Source: Alkalilimnicola ehrlichii MLHE-1
Lineage (GTDB): Bacteria; Pseudomonadota; Gammaproteobacteria; Nitrococcales; Halorhodospiraceae
Assembly (NCBI RefSeq): GCF_000014785.1
Contig: NC_008340.1
Location: forward strand, 2,220,001 to 2,252,000
Length of the DNA stretch: 32,000 nucleotides
Direction: 5' to 3'
Below the pieces are notes generated by a model, which had not been told where the DNA came from, ran no database searches, and saw only the letters and a list, made by a program, of their open reading frames with translations. Position numbers and translations under genes: made by a program. Below, in pieces: positions 20,756 through 32,000 of this stretch; position 1 is the stretch's first letter; every line of letters begins with the position of its first letter.

Positions 20756-20784
20756 AGTCTACCAGTTTGCCCCCGCCATCTCAA
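20756..20784 (-). promoter_or_regulatory. Candidate sigma70 promoter for tRNA-Leu: TTGAGA-17 nt-TAGACT
   Basis: Read on the minus strand immediately after the secG terminator. The -35 matches 5/6 and the -10 matches 4/6 with T1, A2 and T6 kept, at 17-nt spacing. Motif-only evidence. Confidence 0.35.
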
Positions 20785-20787
20785 CGC

Positions 20788-20821
20788 AAAAACGCCTGCC
20801 GGGATCACTCTCCGGCAGGCG
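20788..20821 (-). terminator. Rho-independent terminator-like hairpin overlapping the secG stop codon
   Basis: Perfect 10-bp stem cgcctgccgg / ccggcaggcg with a 9-nt loop that contains the secG TGA. It is followed on the sense strand by UUUUU (20788-20792). Confidence 0.7.
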
Positions 20822-21161
20822 GCGGCAGTTCGTCATCAACCTCCGGGGCCTCTGGCTCATCGTCAGCGGCCGGCGGCACCGTCTCCTCCACCTCCTGCTC
20901 GCGTTCCAGCAGGCTCCCCGGCGCATCCGTTCCCCTGGCCGCGAGGATCGCCAAGACCAGGCTGGTGGCGAAAAAGGTGATCGCCAGCCCGGTGGTGACC
21001 CGGGTCAGGAAGCTACCGGCGCCGCGGGAGCCGAACACGGTGGACGAGGCCCCGCTGCCAAAGGCCGCCCCCATATCGGCACCCTTGCCTTGCTGCAGCA
21101 AGACGAGCACGACCAGAACGACGGCGATAATCACGTGTATGGCGAGCAGAATCTGAAACAT
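20805..21161 (-). CDS. secG: Preprotein translocase subunit SecG
   Basis: 118 aa. Typical SecG core ([34 protein letters not shown]) with an acidic/Pro-rich C-terminal tail. Confidence 0.92.
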   Translation of the reverse strand: MFQILLAIHVIIAVVLVVLVLLQQGKGADMGAAFGSGASSTVFGSRGAGSFLTRVTTGLAITFFATSLVLAILAARGTDAPGSLLEREQEVEETVPPAADDEPEAPEVDDELPPPAGE

Positions 21162-21206
21162 GGAGCCTCTGTCACGTCGGGTTGAAGGGGAGCGGGGCGG
21201 CCAGGT

Positions 21207-21959
21207 TCAGGGCCGCGCCGCAGAGATGATCTCCAGAAAGCCGTCCGGGTCGAGCGAGGCACCGCCGATCAGCCCACCGTCCACATCGGCGCAGCCGAAC
21301 AACTCCCGGGCGTTGCCCGGCTTGACGCTGCCGCCGTAGAGGATGGGCAGTCGCTGGGCCAACTCGTCGCCGAGGGCATCGGCCGCGCGCTGCCGAATGA
21401 AGGCATGCACTGCCTGAGCCTGCTCCGGGCTGGCGGTGCGGCCGGTACCGATGGCCCAGACCGGTTCGTAGGCCAAGACAAGCTTTTCGACCACGAAACC
21501 GCCTAACTCGAGCACCGCGTCCAACTGACGACCCACCACCTGCTCGGTCTCGCCAGCATCCCGGGCCTCGAGGGTCTCGCCGACACAGACGATGGGCGTC
21601 AATCCGGCGCGCAGCGCCGCCTGCACCTTGTCGACCACCACCTCATCGGTCTCGGCGTGCATGGCCCGGCGCTCCGAGTGGCCGACAATGACATGGCGGC
21701 AGCCCATTTCGGCAAGCATGGCACCCGCCACCTCACCGGTGTAGGCACCGGAGTCGTAGCGGGAGACGTCCTGCCCGCCCAGCGCCACGCCGGACTCGTC
21801 CGGAACCGCGCGGCGCAGCGGCCCGATATAGGGAAACGGAGGGCAAACCAGCACGTCGACGGCGCTGCAGTCGACATCGGCCAGGGCCCGCCCCATGTCG
21901 TTGACTAGCGCCAGGGACCCATTCATCTTCCAGTTGCCCGCAACCATCGGCTTACGCAT
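21207..21959 (-). CDS. tpiA: Triosephosphate isomerase
   Basis: 250 aa with motifs [15 protein letters not shown] and [11 protein letters not shown]. Confidence 0.95.
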   Translation of the reverse strand: MRKPMVAGNWKMNGSLALVNDMGRALADVDCSAVDVLVCPPFPYIGPLRRAVPDESGVALGGQDVSRYDSGAYTGEVAGAMLAEMGCRHVIVGHSERRAMHAETDEVVVDKVQAALRAGLTPIVCVGETLEARDAGETEQVVGRQLDAVLELGGFVVEKLVLAYEPVWAIGTGRTASPEQAQAVHAFIRQRAADALGDELAQRLPILYGGSVKPGNARELFGCADVDGGLIGGASLDPDGFLEIISAARP

Positions 21960-22024
21960 GGCACACTCCTTGCCGTAACAATTAACCGCCGGGAAGAATA
22001 CCGTCGGCCACGGGCAGGGTCAAT

Positions 22025-23380
22025 TTAACGGGGGGCGGTCAGGGTGGCGTGCGCCTCACGCACGGCGCCGGCGATGGCCTCGGCGGTGGCTGAAACCTCG
22101 GCCTGATCCGGCCCCTCGACCATCACCCGCAGCACCGGCTCCGTCCCGGAGGGCCTCAGCAGCACCCGCCCGCGGCCGGCGAGCCGGGTTTCCGCATCGC
22201 GCACGGCGTCGGTGACGGTGGCATGGTCCTGGACCGGCACGCCGCGGCTGATGGGCACGTTGACCATGATCTGCGGCAGCCGGTCCATACCGTCCGCCAG
22301 CTCCGCCAGCGTCCGCTCCTGCGCCGCCATGGCCTCCAGCACCTGCAGCGCCGAGACAATACCGTCGCCGGTGGTGGTCCGGTCCAGGCAGATCAAGTGG
22401 CCGGAGGATTCACCACCGAGGATGCCGCCTTCACGGCGGAGCATCTCCATCACGTAACGGTCGCCCACCTTGGCGCGCAGGAAGGGCAGCCCCAAGCGGC
22501 CGATGCCCTGCTCCAGACCCAGGTTGCTCATGACGGTACCCACCACCGGACCGGCAAGCCCGCCGTTGGCCATCCGCTGCCGGGCGATGATGTAGAGCAG
22601 ACCGTCGCCGTCCACCACCTCGCCCCGGTGATCCACCATAATCACGCGGTCGCCATCCCCGTCAAAGGCGATGCCGGCGTCCGCATCGTGCTCACGCACG
22701 GCGGCCTGGAGGCCCTTCGGGTGCAACGAGCCGCAGTCGGCGTTGATATTCAGACCATCCGGGTCATCGGCCAACGGGATGACCTCGGCGCCCAGCTCGT
22801 GGAAGACCGCGGGGGCCACGTGGTAGGTGGCGCCATTGGCACAGTCGACCACCAGGCGCAGGCCCCGCAGGCTCAGTTCGTAGGGAAAGCTGCGTTTACA
22901 GAACTCGATATAACGCCCCGGGGCGTCGTTGATCCGGGAGGCCTTCCCCAGCCGCGCGGAGGGCGCCGGCTTGAGGGGTTGCCGCAGTTCGGCCTCAATG
23001 GCCAGCTCGGTGGCATCGTCGAGCTTCTCCCCATCATCGGAGAAGAACTTGATCCCGTTGTCTTCGTGGGGGTTGTGTGAGGCGCTGATCACCACCCCGG
23101 CGGCGGCCCGCAGAGTGCGTGTCAGGTAGGCTATGGCCGGGGTGGGCATGGGCCCGAGCAGTTTGACGTTGACCCCGGCGGCCGCAAAGCCGGACTCCAG
23201 GGCGGACTCCAGCATGTAGCCGGAGATCCGGGTGTCCTTGCCGACCAACACCGAGGACTGCCCGGCGCGCGCCAAAACCCGCCCGGCCGCCCAGCCCAGA
23301 TGCAGCATGAAATCCGGGGTGATGGGCGGCTCCCCGACGGTGCCGCGAATGCCGTCGGTGCCAAAGTATTCCTTTTTCAC
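22025..23380 (-). CDS. glmM: Phosphoglucosamine mutase
   Basis: 451 aa with FGTDGIRG, the active-site SASHNP and the Mg site FDGDGDR. GTG start 1 nt after the folP TAA, with an AGGAG SD. Confidence 0.95.
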   Translation of the reverse strand: MKKEYFGTDGIRGTVGEPPITPDFMLHLGWAAGRVLARAGQSSVLVGKDTRISGYMLESALESGFAAAGVNVKLLGPMPTPAIAYLTRTLRAAAGVVISASHNPHEDNGIKFFSDDGEKLDDATELAIEAELRQPLKPAPSARLGKASRINDAPGRYIEFCKRSFPYELSLRGLRLVVDCANGATYHVAPAVFHELGAEVIPLADDPDGLNINADCGSLHPKGLQAAVREHDADAGIAFDGDGDRVIMVDHRGEVVDGDGLLYIIARQRMANGGLAGPVVGTVMSNLGLEQGIGRLGLPFLRAKVGDRYVMEMLRREGGILGGESSGHLICLDRTTTGDGIVSALQVLEAMAAQERTLAELADGMDRLPQIMVNVPISRGVPVQDHATVTDAVRDAETRLAGRGRVLLRPSGTEPVLRVMVEGPDQAEVSATAEAIAGAVREAHATLTAPR

Positions 23381-23381
23381 G

Positions 23382-24277
23382 TTACTGTTTCTCCTGCCCC
23401 GTTATGGGTGCTCCCTGTGCCGCGGCCATCGCCGCCCCGGCGACCCGCAGCGCATCCACGGTCGGCGCCACGTCATGGGTCCGCACGATGCGCGCGCCAC
23501 GCTCCACGGCGCACACGGCCGCTGCCAGGCCGGCGGCGAGCCGCCCGTCCACCGGACGACCGGTGACGCCCCCCAGCATGGATTTGCGCGACATGCCCAC
23601 CAGCACGGGCGGCCCCAGCGCACAGACGGCATCGAGCCGGCCCAACAGGGTGTAATTATGATTGAGACTCTTGCCAAACCCAAAGCCCGGATCAAGCAGC
23701 AGCCGTGCGCGCGGGATGCCGGCCTGTTCGCAGGCCCGGACCCGTGCCATGAGGAAGGCATTGACTTCGTCGACCACATCCCGGTAGCGGGGGTCGCGCT
23801 GCATGGTCCGCGGCTCACCCTGCATGTGCATGAGGCACACTGGCAGACCGCTGTCGGCGGCGGCGGCCAGGGCACCGGGCGCCCGCAGCGCATAGACATC
23901 GTTGATCAGGGCGGCGCCGGACGCGGCGGCTGCGGTCATCACTGCCGGCTTGCTGGTATCCACCGATACGGGCACATCGAGCTCGCCCGTCACCGCCTCC
24001 AGGACCGGGAGCACCCGCTCCAGTTCCTGCTCCGTCGGCACCGGCTCGGCGCCCGGCCGGGTGGACTCACCGCCAATATCGATGATATCCGCGCCCTGCC
24101 CCACCAAACACCGGGCCTGGCGGATGGCAGCCGCCCGGGAGAGGTGGACCCCCCCGTCCGAGAAGGAATCGGGAGTGACGTTCAGGACCCCCATCACCAG
24201 GGGCCGGGTCGACGGCAGCCGAAAACGCCCGAGGCGCAGCGGCGGCTGCGCCTCGGGCCCTGCTTCACTGCCCGCCA

Positions 24278-24278
<1 letters not shown>
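23382..24278 (-). CDS. folP: Dihydropteroate synthase
   Basis: 298 aa with the pterin-binding motif [16 protein letters not shown] and [13 protein letters not shown]. Its ATG overlaps the ftsH TGA (ATGA). The N-terminal ~25 aa is longer than in E. coli, so the start is somewhat uncertain. Confidence 0.9.
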
Positions 24279-26206
<1,928 letters not shown>

Positions 26207-26230
26207 GGGCCGACCTCTCCTTCACTTGCA

Positions 26231-26259
26231 TGGGGCCCGGCGCGGACGCCGGGCCACCA
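26231..26259 (-). other. Intercistronic hairpin between rlmE and ftsH
   Basis: ggcccggcg-cgga-cgccgggcc (9 bp, 26234-26255), extendable by 3 bp across a 1-nt bulge. No U-tract follows. Confidence 0.5.
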
Positions 26260-26289
26260 GTGAGCTGAATGCAATTCCCTAGAACCCTA

Positions 26290-26919
26290 CTACAGTCCGA
26301 ACCCGCGGGCCAGCAGGTAGGATTCACGGCTGCGGGCCCGCGAAGCACGCGGTTTTCGGGTGATTACCTTGCTGAATTGACGTTGTAAATCGCGCCGATA
26401 GTCATCCAGGCCTTCACCATGGAACACCTTGGTCAGAAAATCACCGCCCGGTTGTAATACTTGACCTGCAAAGTCAAGTGCAAGTTCCGCCAGATACATG
26501 GCCCGCGGCTGATCCACCACCCGGACACCGGAGAGGTTCGGGGCCATGTCGGAGAGCACCAGGTCCACTGGCCGACCCTCCAGCGCCTGGAGCAGCGCCT
26601 GCAGGGGCGCCTCCTCGGTGAAATCGCCCTGGATGACGTGGACGCCGGGCAAGGCCTCCATGGGCAGGATATCCAGCGCGAAGACGGCACCACGGTCGCC
26701 CACCAACTCCGCGGCGACCTGGCACCAGCCACCGGGGGCCGCGCCCAGGTCCACCACGGTCATGCCCGGGCGGATGAGGCGGTCCTTCTCCTGGATCTCC
26801 AGCAGCTTGAACGCCGCCCGGGACCGGTAGCCGGCCTTCTGCGCCTGCTGCACCCAGTGGTCGCTGTGGTGCTCGTCCAGCCAGCGCCGGCTGCCCGGCC
26901 TGCGCTTACGACGCCCCAT
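26290..26919 (-). CDS. rlmE: 23S rRNA 2'-O-ribose U2552 methyltransferase RlmE (FtsJ)
   Basis: Start set to ATG 26919, giving 209 aa colinear with E. coli RlmE ([28 protein letters not shown]; SAM motif [11 protein letters not shown]). GGGAG SD 7 nt upstream. Confidence 0.93.
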   Translation of the reverse strand: MGRRKRRPGSRRWLDEHHSDHWVQQAQKAGYRSRAAFKLLEIQEKDRLIRPGMTVVDLGAAPGGWCQVAAELVGDRGAVFALDILPMEALPGVHVIQGDFTEEAPLQALLQALEGRPVDLVLSDMAPNLSGVRVVDQPRAMYLAELALDFAGQVLQPGGDFLTKVFHGEGLDDYRRDLQRQFSKVITRKPRASRARSRESYLLARGFGL

Positions 26920-27175
26920 GATCCCGCTCCCGTTGCTGCGCCCGGACCACCCGGCGGGTCCGCCAGGCCACCCAGAGGCCGCCGCCAACGCCCACTGAGA
27001 TCAGGATCAGCAGGTCCGCCAACAGCCCCAAGTCCGTGGCCACCACCACCAGGGCGGCACAAAGCGCCAGCAGGGTGACCGCGCCCAGCTCCAGCTTGAC
27101 GCTGCTGAACGGCCCGCTATCCGTGCGCAGGACCGGCCGCCGTGGTAGTCTTTCGCGCCCATCGCTATCCGACAT
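26906..27175 (-). CDS. Hypothetical small membrane protein (89 aa, two predicted TM helices) upstream of and overlapping rlmE
   Basis: ATG-initiated ORF with about 84% G/C at third codon positions by my count, in line with real genes here. It has a hydrophobic core [40 protein letters not shown] and a basic C-tail, and overlaps the rlmE start by 14 nt. The SD is weak or distant, and I recognise no homologue. Confidence 0.45.
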   Translation of the reverse strand: MSDSDGRERLPRRPVLRTDSGPFSSVKLELGAVTLLALCAALVVVATDLGLLADLLILISVGVGGGLWVAWRTRRVVRAQQRERDHGAS

Positions 27176-27192
27176 CTTCTCAGGAGTTCCTC

Positions 27193-27495
27193 ATGCGGCT
27201 CAACGAGTCCCAGCGTCGCCACCTGCGTCGCCTGGCCCACGACCTCAAGCCCGTGGTCCGCACCGGCAATGCCGGCCTCACCGAGGCGGTGATGGCCGAG
27301 ATCGAACTGGCGCTGGAGTCCCACGAGCTCATCAAGGTGAAGCTGGTGGGCCTGGAACGCGCAGACCGGCAGCCCACCATCGAGCAGATCTGCGTCGAAA
27401 CCGGGGCCGAGCTGGTGCAGAAGGTGGGTCAGGTGGCAGTGCTCTATCGCGCCAACCCGCGCCGGAAGCCCGGCCAGCGGGTCAGTCTGCCGTGA
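27193..27495 (+). CDS. yhbY: CRM-domain RNA-binding protein YhbY
   Basis: 100 aa from ATG 27193 (AGGAG SD 6 nt upstream). The sequence LKPVVRTGNAGLTEAVMAEIELALESHELIKVK is typical of YhbY. It is divergent from rlmE as in E. coli. Confidence 0.88.
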   Translation: MRLNESQRRHLRRLAHDLKPVVRTGNAGLTEAVMAEIELALESHELIKVKLVGLERADRQPTIEQICVETGAELVQKVGQVAVLYRANPRRKPGQRVSLP

Positions 27496-27934
27496 CCCCC
27501 TCCGGGGCCGGCTTCGGTTCTGGCGCCGGCCCGGTCCCCGCCAGCACCAAGACGAAGGCGATGACGCTCTGGACCAGGTAGATCGAGGCGGCGGTGCGGT
27601 GCAGGGAGGCAAACAGCTCCCCATCCGCCTCACCCGAGGCCTTTACCTCGGCCATCTGGGCGGCCAGCACGAACTCGGCAAAGGCGGTCAGCGCCAGCAC
27701 CCCCAGCACCAGCCAGAGACGCCAATGAGTGGCCCAGGGCCGGACCCGGCGCAGCAGTTGGCCCAGGAGCAGCACCGCAAGGCAAAACAGCCCGATATGG
27801 TTGATGCGGCTCAGGATCTCTCCGGCCACCTCGCCGGCGGTGACCTGGTCCAGGGTCTCAAACAACCCCGGCACCACCACGTAGCCCACCGCCCAGAGGC
27901 TGCCGGCCCAGAACACCAGCAGGACCCACTCCAC
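27482..27934 (-). CDS. DUF4149-like (TMEM205-like) integral membrane protein
   Basis: 150-aa, 4-TM ORF with a GTG start, between greA and yhbY. A similar hypothetical membrane protein occupies this position in pseudomonads, as far as I remember. The family call needs an HMM check. Confidence 0.65.
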   Translation of the reverse strand: MEWVLLVFWAGSLWAVGYVVVPGLFETLDQVTAGEVAGEILSRINHIGLFCLAVLLLGQLLRRVRPWATHWRLWLVLGVLALTAFAEFVLAAQMAEVKASGEADGELFASLHRTAASIYLVQSVIAFVLVLAGTGPAPEPKPAPEGVTAD

Positions 27935-27995
27935 CGGGCGCAGAAGGGGGGCCAGGGGCCGAAAGACCCCCGCTCCGGTGGGTCGACCTTTGCGA

Positions 27996-28468
27996 TCAGG
28001 AATAGCGCACCTCGACGATCTCGTATTCGCGCTCCCCGCCCGGGGCCTGCACCGTCACCAGATCACCCTCCTCCTTGCCGATCAGGGCCCGGGCGATGGG
28101 TGAGTTGACAGAGACCAGGCCCTGCTTGATGTCGGCCTCATCCTCACCGACGATCTGGTAGGTAACCTCCTTGCCGGAGTCCTCGTCCACCAGGTCCACG
28201 GTGGCGCCGAAGATCACCTTGCCCTGGGCATTGACCGCGGCCGGGTCGATCACCTGGGCGTTGGACAGCTTGCCCTCGATCTCCTGAATCCGGCCCTCCA
28301 CGAAGCTTTGCTGCTCGCGGGCGGCGTGGTACTCGGCGTTCTCTTTCAGGTCGCCGTGCTCACGGGCCTCGGCGATGGCCTGTATGATGCGCGGGCGCTC
28401 CACGGTCTTCAGGCGCTGCAGTTCCTCCCGCAGCTTTTCCGCGCCGCGCGCAGTCAGCGGAACCTTGC

Positions 28469-28472
<4 letters not shown>
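27996..28472 (-). CDS. greA: Transcription elongation factor GreA
   Basis: 158 aa from ATG 28472 ([18 protein letters not shown]...[16 protein letters not shown]). The ATG overlaps the carB TGA (ATGA). The 36-aa track extension lies inside carB. Confidence 0.94.
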
Positions 28473-31690
<3,218 letters not shown>

Positions 31691-31742
31691 GCCGCGCAGT
31701 CTCAACCTTGGGTGAGCGAATGGGATTGGGTGACCGGGCGCC

Positions 31743-32000
31743 TCAGCGGCCCTCGGCCGCCATCAGGTCAATGAACCGGTCGAACAGCGGTTGCACGTCC
31801 CGCGGCCCGGGGCCCGCCTCCGGGTGTCCCTGGAAGCTGAAGGCCGGCCGGTCGGTCCGGGCCACGCCCTGCAACGAACCGTCGAACAGCGACCGGTGGG
31901 TGGCCCGGAGGTTGTCCGGCAGGCTGTCCTCGTCCACCGCGAAGCCGTGGTTCTGACTGGAGATCATCACCCGGCCGGTATCCAGGTCCTGTACCGGGTG
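31743..32000 (-). CDS. carA: Carbamoyl-phosphate synthase small subunit, C-terminal part (5' end outside the window)
   Basis: The frame is open to the window edge. ...[28 protein letters not shown]...[15 protein letters not shown] matches the glutaminase domain end of CarA. Confidence 0.9.
   Translation of the reverse strand, partial: HPVQDLDTGRVMISSQNHGFAVDEDSLPDNLRATHRSLFDGSLQGVARTDRPAFSFQGHPEAGPGPRDVQPLFDRFIDLMAAEGR

Noticed and set aside
20696-20780. A degenerate second tRNA-Leu copy upstream of the functional tRNA
   Set aside because: An ungapped alignment at the +87 offset matches only the 11-mer, with the rest at background identity. I could not fold a cloverleaf from it. It is kept only as a minor note in the findings.
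26920-27192. Heat-shock (sigma32) promoter CTTGAAA-N13-15-CCCCAT upstream of rlmE-ftsH
   Set aside because: No acceptable match was found by eye on the minus strand, so I make no promoter call. This was a visual scan only, not a matrix search.
27482-27495. The 14-nt convergent overlap of yhbY and the DUF4149-like gene as a regulatory feature
   Set aside because: Short convergent 3' overlaps are common in compact GC-rich genomes, and no additional structure is visible.

Overview
GC-rich (about two-thirds G+C by eye) core-chromosome segment of a gammaproteobacterium. The order tpiA-secG-tRNA-Leu-nuoA..N is one I associate from memory with Chromatiales/Ectothiorhodospiraceae- and Xanthomonadales-type genomes, so the taxon is inference only. 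Almost everything is housekeeping and lies on the minus strand. In transcription order: carA (partial), carB, greA, a DUF4149-like membrane protein, [yhbY on +], a small 2-TM ORF, rlmE, ftsH, folP, glmM, tpiA, secG, tRNA-Leu(GAG). These are followed by a complete 14-gene nuoA-N operon (nuoC and nuoD separate), a small 3-TM protein overlapping nuoN, and truC. Next comes a + strand porin with its own terminator, then a DUF2058 gene and rlmL on the minus strand. The left edge carries a ~94-bp tandem array cut by the window. I see no defence island, mobile element, integrase/transposase, CRISPR array, toxin-antitoxin pair or multi-gene accessory system. My honest reading is that this is an ordinary conserved region with no evidence of a novel system. 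The items worth a second look are small: the structured 94-bp tandem repeat, a 16-bp perfect palindrome in the porin control region, two small membrane ORFs translationally coupled to nuoN and to rlmE-ftsH, and the terminator/promoter/hairpin layout around tRNA-Leu and the nuoA leader. CDS coordinates are anchored on the supplied ORF track, with starts re-chosen where homology or an SD argues for it. Coordinates of hand-read hairpins and motifs may be off by 1-2 nt.
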